Positions 1 through 9,161 of a DNA stretch of 64,000 bases are shown here, piece after piece. Origin of the DNA: Candidatus Latescibacterota bacterium (lineage in GTDB: Bacteria; Latescibacterota; CBDEFO01); NCBI GenBank assembly GCA_965248755.1, contig OZ252149.1:1408001-1472000 (forward strand). Reading direction: 5' to 3'. Under the pieces are notes generated by a model. It was not told the origin of the DNA, made no database searches, and saw only the letters and a program-made list of their open reading frames with translations. A program made the position numbers and the translations under genes. Positions within the stretch are counted from its first letter, which is position 1; each line of letters opens with the position of its first letter.

Positions 1-604
1 ATGTCACCATTATGTACGTGCTCTCGTAAGCTACCTTCATCTTTCCACCCATCCGGGATATAATTGGTATCCTCTCGAAAATCGCAATCAAAGGTAGGGC
101 AATCCTTCTGCTTCCTACTGCTACGAGCAATATAAGCGTAAGCGCAGAGCTTATTATTAGTACTCTGGCTCCGTATTGAAATGCAAAGACTCCGACTGAG
201 GATATGATTAGCAGGGAGATGAAGTCGGTGAGCCTTTCGGCTACGATTATGGGAGCCGTTACGCTCATGGGCGTCCCGTTGAGCCTCTTGACCAAGTGGG
301 CTTTGAGGACTTCGCCAATCTTACCCGGAGTGACGGACATTAAGAGCCCCGCCATAAAGACGGATAAGCTGTCCATTTTGGGGAGGAGTACATCAAGTTT
401 GGAAAGATAAAAATCCCATTTGAAAAATCTGAGGGCGTAATTAAAAACAGAAAACAGAAGGATCAGTGGAAGGTATATCCAGTGGAAGGCCTGAAAGGCT
501 ACTATTATCCTGTGATAGTCAAAGTGGAGGCTAATAGCGATAAAGACTATCACTCCCAAGCACAAGGATAGGGCGATCTTTCTTTTGAGTCTTCGAAACA
601 TCAT
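1..604 (-). CDS. Lysylphosphatidylglycerol synthase TM-region / flippase-like membrane protein (UPF0104-like), runs off the window's left edge
   Basis: Not in the ORF track. Manual translation from ATG at 604: MMFRRLKRKIALSLCLGVIVF...NYALRFFKWDFYL...MSVTPGKIGEVLK...IIVAERLTD. The R..KW, TPGKIGE and ERLxD motifs are typical of the family. Confidence 0.8.
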   Translation of the reverse strand, partial: MMFRRLKRKIALSLCLGVIVFIAISLHFDYHRIIVAFQAFHWIYLPLILLFSVFNYALRFFKWDFYLSKLDVLLPKMDSLSVFMAGLLMSVTPGKIGEVLKAHLVKRLNGTPMSVTAPIIVAERLTDFISLLIISSVGVFAFQYGARVLIISSALTLILLVAVGSRRIALPLIAIFERIPIISRMGGKMKVAYESTYIMVT

Positions 605-655
605 TATTAAGTAGACACAAACATAGACAGTATACCGAGGGGAAAGAGTCAGACC

Positions 656-707
656 GAGATTGCTTCGCTGGCCCCTTGCTTTGCTCGGGGCTTCAGCTCG
701 CAATGAC
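656..707. repeat. REP-like palindromic repeat GAGATTGCTTCG...GCAATGAC (family copy)
   Basis: The motif recurs at ~2276-2327, 15842-15923, 25699-25782, 35004-35149, 47333-47449 and inside the MITEs at 37336 and 54624. Confidence 0.8.
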
Positions 708-732
708 CAAGAGTCCGAATCCTGGAAGCAAT

Positions 733-823
733 CCCCGATTGAATCTATCGGGGACAAGGGAGGGCAGGAGGTGCCTGTCTACCCCAGATTGAATCCCCGA
801 TTGAGTCTATCGGGGACCGGGGG
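733..823. repeat. Short hairpin element CCCCGATTGAATCTATCGGGG: one simple copy (733-753) and one nested copy (782-823)
   Basis: Read directly from the sequence; the 7-bp arms CCCCGAT/ATCGGGG are perfectly complementary. Confidence 0.9.
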
Positions 824-2275
824 CTACTGTCTACTTGGTTTTAGTCTCCACAGGTATACGATCAACACTGCGCCGAACGTGATCGTAATGATAGGAAGTA
901 CATATCTTATGTTAAAGAGGGAATCCCGGCCGCCAATTTCCCGGTATTTCTTTCTGGCAAAGAGCGTCCATTCTAATATGCTCCTGTTCCTAAATTCGGC
1001 ATCTTTCCACTTCCTGCGGGCAAGGTCAAATAATTCGTCTTCGCTAAGGGGCATACGGGAGAGTCTTTCTCTTGATTCTTCCTTGGGCGGTCCATCCTTC
1101 AGGATAGATTTCCAGGCCCTTACCAGATCGCCGTGCGAATCTATGATCATTACTCCGATAAGGTCGTTGAGTATGCTCCATCTTTCCGATCCTCTGCCGG
1201 AGTCGTAGGTTAGACTCGACTTCATTTCGAAGGGGTTTATATAGACGGAGTTGTAGGCCTTATTTCGATCATAGAGTTTTGGGGTGACGGCAAGTCTGTT
1301 GAGTTGAAAGTCCATCGGGCCACCGGGAGTGCCTTTTTTGTAGAACCAGATCTTCTGTCCCTTCTCCGAAAGGACAAAGTCAATGAACTTCCCCGCAATC
1401 TTTGGGTTGGGTGCTCCCTTTAGCATGGCTATTCCGTCGGGATTGACGACTGTGAGCCCCTCGGGCATTACGTAGCCAATTTTGTCCCGTCCGACCCGAT
1501 TAATTGTGGACGTAGCGTAAAAGTCTATAGCCAGGCCGTACGCCGCATCACCTGTGGACACCTCTTTTAGCGTCTGCCCTGAGCCCTTCACAAAGTTTCT
1601 TACGTTGGCCCCCATACAGGTTATGACCTGCCATCCCTTATCCCATCCGTAGGCCTGGAGGATGATCTCGTACATCATATGGACGCTTCCGCTATTTCTG
1701 GGATCTGCGGAGCTTACCCAGGTCAAAAGGGGAGGATCTGTCAGATCCTCCCACGCCTTGGGTTCAGGCAACTTCATTATATCTAGTACTTTTTTGTTGT
1801 AGATTATACCGAATCCAGCAAGGGCGGCGCCGTACCATTTGTATTGGGGGTCATATACGGGGACCCCGGCGACAGTCTTCCCCACTCTGTCTAAGATCTT
1901 ATCGGGAACCTTATATGGCTGGAGGAGTTCCAGTCGGGCAAGTTCCCAAAAGGGATCGGTTCCCCCGCCGAACAAGAGATCGACACCGATCCCATCGGGG
2001 TTTTGGGAAAATTCGGACTTGACAAATTTTAAAATGTCGGAGGTCCCTCCCACATCGAGCCATTCTATCTCTATGCCCTCATAAGCCTCTTTGAACGCCC
2101 TTTCAAATTCGTGCTCTATCCCTTCCCAGTGAGGGGAAATTATGATTATTCTCTCCTTAGAAGACGAAATATCCGCTCCAGAAAGAGTAAACGCAAGCGC
2201 GGTGAAGAGGGCAATGTGGAAGATGTACGTATTCACACGATAGATTAAGTAGAGGGTAAGCCTAAGGCAGCGCAC
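824..2275 (-). CDS. ABC-type Fe3+/thiamine-family extracellular solute-binding protein with C-terminal TM segment (true start possibly GTG ~2236)
   Basis: ISPH...DLLFGGG, P..WEDL.DP, ADPRNSGS, IAMLKGAPN...A.KFIDFVLS..GQ; hydrophobic C-terminal tail. Confidence 0.8.
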   Translation of the reverse strand: MRCLRLTLYLIYRVNTYIFHIALFTALAFTLSGADISSSKERIIIISPHWEGIEHEFERAFKEAYEGIEIEWLDVGGTSDILKFVKSEFSQNPDGIGVDLLFGGGTDPFWELARLELLQPYKVPDKILDRVGKTVAGVPVYDPQYKWYGAALAGFGIIYNKKVLDIMKLPEPKAWEDLTDPPLLTWVSSADPRNSGSVHMMYEIILQAYGWDKGWQVITCMGANVRNFVKGSGQTLKEVSTGDAAYGLAIDFYATSTINRVGRDKIGYVMPEGLTVVNPDGIAMLKGAPNPKIAGKFIDFVLSEKGQKIWFYKKGTPGGPMDFQLNRLAVTPKLYDRNKAYNSVYINPFEMKSSLTYDSGRGSERWSILNDLIGVMIIDSHGDLVRAWKSILKDGPPKEESRERLSRMPLSEDELFDLARRKWKDAEFRNRSILEWTLFARKKYREIGGRDSLFNIRYVLPIITITFGAVLIVYLWRLKPSRQ

Positions 2276-2327
2276 AAGCAGGACGAAGCAGTCTAATGGA
2301 GAATTGCTTCGTCCACTTCGTGGCTTG

Positions 2328-2361
2328 CCCCCGATTGAACCCCCGATAGATTCAATCGGGA
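2328..2361. repeat. Nested short hairpin element adjacent to a REP-like repeat
   Basis: CCCCCGATTGAA followed by CCCCGATAGATTCAATCGGGA. Confidence 0.85.
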
Positions 2362-2399
2362 CTCAAGGGATAGGAGGAGGTACTCTGTCTACTGTTCTG

Positions 2400-3383
2400 T
2401 TATTCCAGGTCTTTGCGCGCGGCAATAGCCTCTTCTTCGGGCTTTTCTTCGCGTTCTTTTTCCATCTTCTTTATCAGCCTTTTGTCGAACTCCCTGGCGG
2501 CGTGATAGCCATGTATCTTCTCCACGTAGTTCAGGGCTATAGATTCGGATATTACGGTGACGTTCTTTCCCGGATAGACAGGGACAGTGACCACAGGAAC
2601 CTCTATATCCAAGATGGTAGTGGCCTTATCATCAATGCCTGTCCTTTCGTATTGTAAATCCTTGCTCCAATCTACAAGTTGAACCTCGACTTCGATCCTC
2701 TTTTGCAACCTTATGCCCCTAATGCCAAACATACTCCTTATGTCTATTAATCCTACGCCTCTTATCTCCATAAAATGGCTAAGGGTCGGATCACAGCTTC
2801 CCACAAGTATGCCCTGGTCCTTTCTGGTGACAGTGATTATGTCGTCGGCAACTAACCGATGTCCCCTTTCGACAAGGTCCAGAGCTATTTCGCTTTTGCC
2901 TATTCCGCTCCTCCCTGTAAAGAAGAGCCCCACACCATAGACGTCCACAAGCGATCCGTGCCGCGTTGTCTGAGGAGCCAGAAGGTCGTCCAGGTAGAAG
3001 TTGAAGAGGTGGCTAAATTTGGTCGTTCCAAGGGTCGTCTTCAAAAGAGGAATGTCAGTCTGGTCTGCCAGTTCGATCATAAGCGGCAGTGGATCGTTGT
3101 TGTCAGTGAGCACAACGCAGGGGAGATCAAATTGATATATAGTCTTGAGTGCCTCACTCCTGTCGTATTCGGAGACTTTACTTAGGTAGAGCATCTCCGT
3201 GTTACCTATGACCTGGATTCTATCGTAGGTGTAGAGGTCTATAAAGCCGGTAAGCGCCAGGCCCGCACGATGTATCTCAGTCGTGTTCATCTTCCGCCAA
3301 AGCCCGTCTTTACCGGCCAGAAGCTGGAGTCTCAACCTTCTGCCATATTCCTCAAGTACATAACCTACCCCGACCTCTGTCAT
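2400..3383 (-). CDS. hprK: HPr(Ser) kinase/phosphorylase
   Basis: HGSLVDVYGVG, Walker A GRSGIGKSE, LVERGHRLVADD, MEIRGVG. Confidence 0.97.
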   Translation of the reverse strand: MTEVGVGYVLEEYGRRLRLQLLAGKDGLWRKMNTTEIHRAGLALTGFIDLYTYDRIQVIGNTEMLYLSKVSEYDRSEALKTIYQFDLPCVVLTDNNDPLPLMIELADQTDIPLLKTTLGTTKFSHLFNFYLDDLLAPQTTRHGSLVDVYGVGLFFTGRSGIGKSEIALDLVERGHRLVADDIITVTRKDQGILVGSCDPTLSHFMEIRGVGLIDIRSMFGIRGIRLQKRIEVEVQLVDWSKDLQYERTGIDDKATTILDIEVPVVTVPVYPGKNVTVISESIALNYVEKIHGYHAAREFDKRLIKKMEKEREEKPEEEAIAARKDLE

Positions 3384-3418
3384 ATACGAACACCGCCTTG
3401 AATTTTTGGAAAAACTGA

Positions 3419-3769
3419 TTTACTCATCTTCATTTGTGTTCTCCGAGTCAAGAGAATCCATCAGTATTGACTCTTTGTCTATGCGCTTTGATCTTATCTT
3501 ATCGTGCAATTTCTTCAACTGGCGCTTAAGCTTTTCCACTGCGCCATCTACCGACGCGCCCATATTGTCCGATTGGTGAGTCGCCACCAGCTATGTTTGT
3601 AGACGTTTACTGCTATCTCCACAGAGTGCCTGTGCTTCTCCACGTTCATTGTTACATTGCAATCTATTATGCCGTCGTAGAACTTCTCCAATTTGGCTAT
3701 TTCAGCGTTAATATGTTCCCTTAACGAGTCAGACACGGCAAAGTGTCTTGCCGTGACGTTCAAGCGCAT
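3419..3769 (-). pseudogene. hpf: Ribosome hibernation factor (HPF/RaiA) interrupted by a 1-nt frameshift near 3591 (real lesion or assembly error)
   Basis: The N-terminus (MRLNVTARHF...KLEKFYD) continues in the shifted frame as LVATHQSDNMGASVDGAVEKLKRQLKKLHDK to TAA at 3419-3421. The gene lies directly upstream of hprK. Confidence 0.85.
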
Positions 3770-3949
3770 CTATTCCCCCCGTTCCCAATGTGTATTTGAG
3801 CGTTAATACTGCCTACATTATATAACTTAAGATAACTTGTAACTGAAGATATGTCAACACCTTTTTTCCTTAGGGATTTCGCGATGAAATAATGTTGTAT
3901 CGGAATCATAAGATGACTTTGGGCGAGAGATTGCATTATAATTAATCAT

Positions 3950-3978
3950 TTGACTTTACCTATTTTCTTTATTATCTT
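3950..3978 (+). promoter_or_regulatory. Putative sigma70 promoter for the 4047 gene
   Basis: TTGACT-N17-TATCTT. Confidence 0.5.
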
Positions 3979-4046
3979 TTTATATCAAAGTGGTCTATTT
4001 TGAGAGGATGAGAACCATAATTTAACCTTAAACATGTGGAGGCATA

Positions 4047-4709
4047 ATGGGACGCTTTTACGATGAGGCTCTGATTCCTGATGAAATGAGAAGAAAGTTT
4101 GATGTCTACGACAGGATAAAAGAAATAGGGATCGACCTCGGCACGTTTGAGGAAAAAGTCGGATCTATTGCAGGGGCAGGACTTGCTGGAGCCATTTTTT
4201 CGGAATCCGGACTGGTCTATCTTTCTGGTGCGGGCGGAGGCACCGTGTCAATGTTGGATCACGAGGAATTGATAAAGTTGGGTCAGGAGGGGGGAAGAGA
4301 GGCAGCAGATCAGCACATCAGCACTCTTCACTGGGCTATAACTTGCGGCGGTGAGGGAGGAGACCTCAACGATATCCTCTACACCGTCAAGGTGCTTGGC
4401 ATGGTAGCCTCACCCGCTGCGGCAGCATTTCTCAGCGCCCCAGCTGTGATAAACGGTTACTCGTTCAGGCTGCACTCTGTATTCGGCGGAGGTCACTCAG
4501 ATTATGCTCAAGATGGGATCGATCCAGGAGGCTTCTCGGGTGTGCATGCCAGAAGCGCTGTGGGAGGCTTCGCTGGAGGATGGTCGGTGGAACCTGAAAT
4601 AATCGTTGCAATTCCTTCGGAGTTGGCAAAGGGCATAATCAAGAATAGAGGTTGGATCTTTCCTCTTCCACCCAATGTGCTTAAAAAGGTATTAAAGTCC
4701 CGCAGTTAG
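4047..4709 (+). CDS. Divergent Rid (YjgF/YER057c/UK114)-like protein
   Basis: LVYLSG, VKVLGMVAS, VINGYS..L..VFG and HARSAVG...VEPE match Rid-subfamily motifs; GGAGG RBS. Confidence 0.6.
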   Translation: MGRFYDEALIPDEMRRKFDVYDRIKEIGIDLGTFEEKVGSIAGAGLAGAIFSESGLVYLSGAGGGTVSMLDHEELIKLGQEGGREAADQHISTLHWAITCGGEGGDLNDILYTVKVLGMVASPAAAAFLSAPAVINGYSFRLHSVFGGGHSDYAQDGIDPGGFSGVHARSAVGGFAGGWSVEPEIIVAIPSELAKGIIKNRGWIFPLPPNVLKKVLKSRS

Positions 4710-4717
4710 ATAGTTCT

Positions 4718-4740
4718 GGCCGGGTTTGAAAAGCCCGGCC
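4718..4740. terminator. GC hairpin between convergent genes
   Basis: GGCCGGGTTT-GAA-AAGCCCGGCC. Confidence 0.6.
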
Positions 4741-4744
4741 ATCT

Positions 4745-5770
4745 TCATTTTGAGCTTGTGCAAAGTCTCCTTACAAGTGTCTCGACAGATGTCTTTTCGC
4801 CTCTTCTTGTCCTTCCTCCCTTAAGCTCGCTATCAGCTTGGAGGAGGAGCTCGGTGTCCTCCAAGAGTTCATCCTCAAGGAAGTTTTTAGCCTGGGCTAA
4901 GTAATTCTTTACAAAATACGGGTGAACTCTGAGCTTTTTGGACAGTTCATCAGGTGGAAGCCCTGACCCCTCCAATTTCTGGACCTTCAAGAGGATCATA
5001 AGATGCCGAAAGATAGCCGCTACGATCCTTGTGCCCTTTTCTCCCTTTGCAGACATTCTCCCGGCTATGAATAGGGCCTTTGACGTATCCTTTTCCCCTA
5101 TTGCATCCGTAAGGTCGAAAATGCTCTCAGATCTGGAATACCCGACCACATCTTCCACATCCTTTTTGTCTATCTGAGGCCTGTCGCTCACAGAGATCGA
5201 AAGTTTTTCTATCTCATTGGAAAGATCACCTAAATTGCTCCCAGCGCTCTGGTGAAGTAATCTGACGGCGTCAGGAGATATTTTCTTGTTACACCTTTTG
5301 ACTCTCCCCACTATCCATCCGGGAATGCTCCTGTCGTAGAGAGGCTTAAACTCGACTGCTGTGCCTCTCTTTAGAAGCTGGGAAAATACCTCCCTGCGCG
5401 TATCGGTCTTTCCTCCAGCTACATCCATTTTCCCCCCGACCAAGATAAAAGATGTAGTCTCCGGAGGATCTGAAATCATCGGCAGGAGTGCTTGGGCCAT
5501 CTTTTGAGACATCTGCTCGCACCTCTTGAGTACCACCACCCTTTTAGGAGACATCAGTGGGAACGAAGTAACGGCGTTGACCACAGTCTCCGGTGCTGTC
5601 TCATCGGAGTAAAAGACGCTCAAGTTGAAATCTCTGTTTGAGGGGGCAACTATAGACTCGACAAGTAAGGAGAGTGTCTCATCCCTTTGAAACTCACCCT
5701 GACCGTATAACAGGTAGAGCGGAGAAAAATCCCTCCGTTCGGTGTGCGCTAAAAGCTGTTTGTAGTCCAT
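4745..5770 (-). CDS. holA: DNA polymerase III delta subunit
   Basis: PLYLLYG, DFNLSVF, FPLMSPKRVVV, NEIEKL, IFDLTDAI, VHPYFV, AD.ELKGG. Confidence 0.92.
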   Translation of the reverse strand: MDYKQLLAHTERRDFSPLYLLYGQGEFQRDETLSLLVESIVAPSNRDFNLSVFYSDETAPETVVNAVTSFPLMSPKRVVVLKRCEQMSQKMAQALLPMISDPPETTSFILVGGKMDVAGGKTDTRREVFSQLLKRGTAVEFKPLYDRSIPGWIVGRVKRCNKKISPDAVRLLHQSAGSNLGDLSNEIEKLSISVSDRPQIDKKDVEDVVGYSRSESIFDLTDAIGEKDTSKALFIAGRMSAKGEKGTRIVAAIFRHLMILLKVQKLEGSGLPPDELSKKLRVHPYFVKNYLAQAKNFLEDELLEDTELLLQADSELKGGRTRRGEKTSVETLVRRLCTSSK

Positions 5771-5800
5771 AAGAAAGTAAAAGGATACAGCGCTGGGGCA

Positions 5801-6823
5801 TCAACTCTTTCTACGTCCGAGCATTAGCTCATGGGCCCTGCGGTACATCGCCAACGCGTCTTTGGGCTGATTCTTTCTGTCGTAGAGCACCCCCAAATAC
5901 CAGTACGCCCTGCCGTTGTTCGGATCGCTCTCCAAAAACTTCTGGAACGATTGTATGGCCCTGTCGTAAAGTCCCTTGTGGAGATGGGCGGCTCCGAGAT
6001 AATAGTAGGGCTCAAAGAAGTTTTTCTCTATGTTAATGGCCCTTTGAAGATCAAGTATGGCCCTGTCGTAGTGACCTTTTTTGCACAGCAGGACTCCCAT
6101 AGTGTAGTGTGCCCTGAAGCTTCCCGGTTCTATCTCTATTACTTTGCTGAACTCTGCTTCAGCCTCTGTAAAGAGACCACTCTGCCAGTAGGTTGTCCCC
6201 AAGTTGTAGTGAGCGTCCAGATTGTTGGGGTCTACAGTCAGGACCTCTTTGAATTCGCTGGCAGCCTTGTTGTAATCTCCTAACTGCTCGTAGACCAATC
6301 CCAGGCCGTTTCTGGCCTCAACATTTCTGGGCTCTCTTGTAAGGATATATTTGTACTTTTCAACAGCGGCCCAAGGATCTCTCTTTTGGGCGTCCTCTTT
6401 TACCTCTTTCTTATATCTTTCTAATTCGTCTTCCATCTTTTCTAAAACGCCCTTCTGCCCTTCGAAATCCGGGGGAGTTTCAGATGCAGAGCCCTCACTG
6501 ACAAAGGCTTGTTCTGGCAGGTCGTCCACCTTTCTTTGAGATAGGCTCTCTTCTATCTTATCTCTGAATTTGGAGTACGGCTTGAAATGGGGTTTTGGCT
6601 TCATCTGGGAAGACTGATCCAGTGCATCCTTAGACTGTTTGACCCGTATGGAAGGTCTAAACGTCCCGAATCCCCTTAGTTCAATCTTTTCTCCCTTCTC
6701 CAGCGCCACACTAATCTCAGATAGTACTCCTTCCAGGACTCTGCTTACATCCTCCCTGGACAGGGAATATCTCTCCGAGATAATGCGTGCTATATCGTCG
6801 TTGTTTAGCGAGTTCCTTTCCAT
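5801..6823 (-). CDS. HU/IHF-like DNA-binding domain fused to TPR repeats
   Basis: N-terminal GEKIELRGFGTF...PHFKP; about 5-6 C-terminal TPRs (ARNGLGLVY, AHYNLG, AHYTMG, YYYLG, AYWYLG). Confidence 0.85.
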   Translation of the reverse strand: MERNSLNNDDIARIISERYSLSREDVSRVLEGVLSEISVALEKGEKIELRGFGTFRPSIRVKQSKDALDQSSQMKPKPHFKPYSKFRDKIEESLSQRKVDDLPEQAFVSEGSASETPPDFEGQKGVLEKMEDELERYKKEVKEDAQKRDPWAAVEKYKYILTREPRNVEARNGLGLVYEQLGDYNKAASEFKEVLTVDPNNLDAHYNLGTTYWQSGLFTEAEAEFSKVIEIEPGSFRAHYTMGVLLCKKGHYDRAILDLQRAINIEKNFFEPYYYLGAAHLHKGLYDRAIQSFQKFLESDPNNGRAYWYLGVLYDRKNQPKDALAMYRRAHELMLGRRKS

Positions 6824-6886
6824 TTAGGTAATTCCTCTTTGGGTGGACTGTTGTCAGGACACCTACTCTCCCTGACTGTCTGCTAT

Positions 6887-7051
6887 TTATGAATCTGACT
6901 CTTCTATGTCTTTAAACTCCGCGTCCTGTATCTTTGAACTGTTCAGGTCTATTCTTTTTCTTTTTCTCCTTTGGGATTCATTCCTCACGATCCTGACAAG
7001 ATTGTAGACAAGTATCAGCAGGATCCCCAACATTAACAACTTGAAAAGCAT
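6887..7051 (-). CDS. Small single-TM protein (54 aa)
   Basis: Below the ORF-track cutoff: MLFKLLMLGILLILVYNLVRIVRNESQRRKRKRIDLNSSKIQDAEFKDIEESDS. AGGA RBS; co-oriented with the operon. Confidence 0.7.
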   Translation of the reverse strand: MLFKLLMLGILLILVYNLVRIVRNESQRRKRKRIDLNSSKIQDAEFKDIEESDS

Positions 7052-7088
7052 CTGTTAGTCCTTTTGACGACAACGTGTATCTGTTTTG

Positions 7089-7553
7089 TCATTCCAATCC
7101 TTCACGGCTCTTGATCTCTATCTGTTCAGGTCCTCTCATGAAGAGGGCCGGAAAGGAAAATCTGGCGGCCACAGCTCCAAATGCGTCGGCAATAAAGTCG
7201 AAGATAGAAGCGACTCTCCCGCGTACGAACATCTGATGGATCTCATCTGAAGCTGCCCATATCACGGTCACCAATAGAGCCAATGTAAGGGCTCTTTGTC
7301 TGAACTCAGAATGTCTTGCCTTGTAGAATGCTGTAGAAACCAAGATACCCAATATGCAGAACTCCAAAAAATGGGCCGCTTTGTCGATGTTCCATATTCT
7401 GATAGAGGGGGTGTACTCCTTGGGTATGGATGAAGCGATAAATATTGCGGTCGCCCATAGAATAGCGGGGAGCTGGTATTTGACAAAACTGTACTTTGGA
7501 GCTGAGATGCTATCTTGATCAGCAGGTGAATCTGGTTTCTTTATCTCCGTCAA
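7089..7553 (-). CDS. VanZ-family membrane protein
   Basis: IFIASS, DKAAHFLEF.ILG, SDEIHQ.FV.GR.AS..D..AD..G. Confidence 0.9.
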   Translation of the reverse strand: MTEIKKPDSPADQDSISAPKYSFVKYQLPAILWATAIFIASSIPKEYTPSIRIWNIDKAAHFLEFCILGILVSTAFYKARHSEFRQRALTLALLVTVIWAASDEIHQMFVRGRVASIFDFIADAFGAVAARFSFPALFMRGPEQIEIKSREGLE

Positions 7554-8562
7554 CTATGTCTCCTATTATATAGGCTTTTTCCTTGTTATCTTCCAAGACC
7601 TTAAGGACATCACTAGCATAATTTTTGGAGACCAACAGGCCTAAGCCAATTCCCATATTGAAGGTGCGAAACATTTCGTCCCAAGCTACATTTCCTACCC
7701 TTTGAAGGAGGGAGAATATAGGCGGAACATCCCACGATTTTGTGTCTACGAGCGCTGCCACCCCATCGGGAAGGATCCTTGGGATGTTGTCTTTTAGTCC
7801 TCCTCCCGTGATGTGGGCGATGCCTTTGATGCCGTCCTCTTCTAAGAGTCCCCATAAGGGTTTGAAATAACATCTGTGAGGCTTGAGGAGTTCCTCTTTA
7901 AGCGTCGTTCCTAACTCTTCTACAAAGTCGTCAATCTCAAGCCCTGCCACTTCGAACAACAGCTTCCTTGCCAGGGAATATCCGTTGGTGTGCAGACCGT
8001 CGGAGGCTATGCCGATTATCTTATCGCCCTTCTTAATAGCCGAACCGTCTATTATCTTCTCTTTCTCGACGATCCCCACTATAGTCCCCACTAAATCGTA
8101 CTCATTCTGCTCGTAGAAATCTGGCAACTCGGCGGTCTCGCCTCCTAAGAGGGCACAGCCTACCTGCCTGCATCCTTCCGCTATTCCTTCGATCACGCTT
8201 TTGGCTACATCGGGGTCGAGTTTCCCCATAGACAGACAGTCCATAAAAAAGAGGGGTCTTGCCCCCTGGGCAAGTATGTCGTTGACGCAGTGCGCTACAA
8301 GGTCTCTTCCGACGGTGTTGTGGATTCCGGTCAAGAAGGCTATCTTGAGCTTGGTTCCGACGCTGTCTATGCTCGCAACCAACACCGGCTCTTTGTAGCT
8401 CTTTACGTCTAACGCCAGAAGTCCGCCGAAATTCCCGACGTCGGATAGGACAGAGGGACCAAATGTGGAGCGTACGGCCGATTTCATTCTCCCTATGGCA
8501 TCATCTTGGGCGGAAATATCCACTCCGGCGTCTCTATAGCCGAACGTCCGCTTTTCCCCCAT
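7519..8562 (-). CDS. purM: Phosphoribosylformylglycinamidine cyclo-ligase (AIR synthetase)
   Basis: Y.DAGVDI, VGTKLK, CVNDILAQGA.PLFF, GGETAELP, GLHTNGYSL, AHITGGG, TFNMGIG. Confidence 0.97.
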   Translation of the reverse strand: MGEKRTFGYRDAGVDISAQDDAIGRMKSAVRSTFGPSVLSDVGNFGGLLALDVKSYKEPVLVASIDSVGTKLKIAFLTGIHNTVGRDLVAHCVNDILAQGARPLFFMDCLSMGKLDPDVAKSVIEGIAEGCRQVGCALLGGETAELPDFYEQNEYDLVGTIVGIVEKEKIIDGSAIKKGDKIIGIASDGLHTNGYSLARKLLFEVAGLEIDDFVEELGTTLKEELLKPHRCYFKPLWGLLEEDGIKGIAHITGGGLKDNIPRILPDGVAALVDTKSWDVPPIFSLLQRVGNVAWDEMFRTFNMGIGLGLLVSKNYASDVLKVLEDNKEKAYIIGDIVDGDKETRFTC

Positions 8563-8567
8563 ATCTC

Positions 8568-9158
8568 CTATTTCCCTCCTCTGAAGCCTCCGCCGCTGAA
8601 GCCTCTTGTCCTACCTCTTCCAAGGCTCCCCTGTCTTACGGTTCTGCCGTAATATCCGGAGCGTTGATACCTGTAGTCGTACCTTGGATAGCCCCCGTAG
8701 TAGCCGTACTGGCCTCTGAACATGCTGCTGATCATCCACATGGTCAGTATATCCCCCGCGCCGATGTAGCTGTGGCGGCGGTAACGGTCGGTGGCGACTA
8801 GCCTCTGGGAAGACCTCTCAGCTTCGAGCTTGAAGACGAGCATGTCCGAACCTGGACTATATCCTGACATTCTGTCCCTGTCGACAAAGCCCACGATGCT
8901 ACCGTCTTTTTGCTCTCTGACCTCCACACGCCCCTGGCCCTTGTAGAGACCTTTAGCGTTGATGTCGTTCTCAAAGCTTCTGAGATCCCTGCTGTCCCGT
9001 TTGACGAAGTCCTTGTAGAGTTTCAAGACCTCTTCAAGATCTACATCTGCCGCTGCGGCTCCGGACGCCCCGGGTCCTCCATCCAGTGCGCAGGACAGTG
9101 TGGCCAATGCAGTCAAAAGGACCGCTGTCAAAAAGATCTGTGATTTCAAAGTTTTCAC
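8568..9158 (-). CDS. Hypothetical exported protein/lipoprotein with Gly/Tyr/Arg-rich tail
   Basis: Signal peptide ending LATLSC; low-complexity C-terminus (RGFSGGGFRGGK); tightly packed in the operon. Confidence 0.7.
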   Translation of the reverse strand: MKTLKSQIFLTAVLLTALATLSCALDGGPGASGAAAADVDLEEVLKLYKDFVKRDSRDLRSFENDINAKGLYKGQGRVEVREQKDGSIVGFVDRDRMSGYSPGSDMLVFKLEAERSSQRLVATDRYRRHSYIGAGDILTMWMISSMFRGQYGYYGGYPRYDYRYQRSGYYGRTVRQGSLGRGRTRGFSGGGFRGGK

Positions 9159-9161
9159 TCC

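Noticed and set aside
3585..3605. Programmed -1 frameshift in hpf
   Set aside because: No X XXY YYZ slippery site or clear stimulatory structure; mutation or assembly error is simpler.
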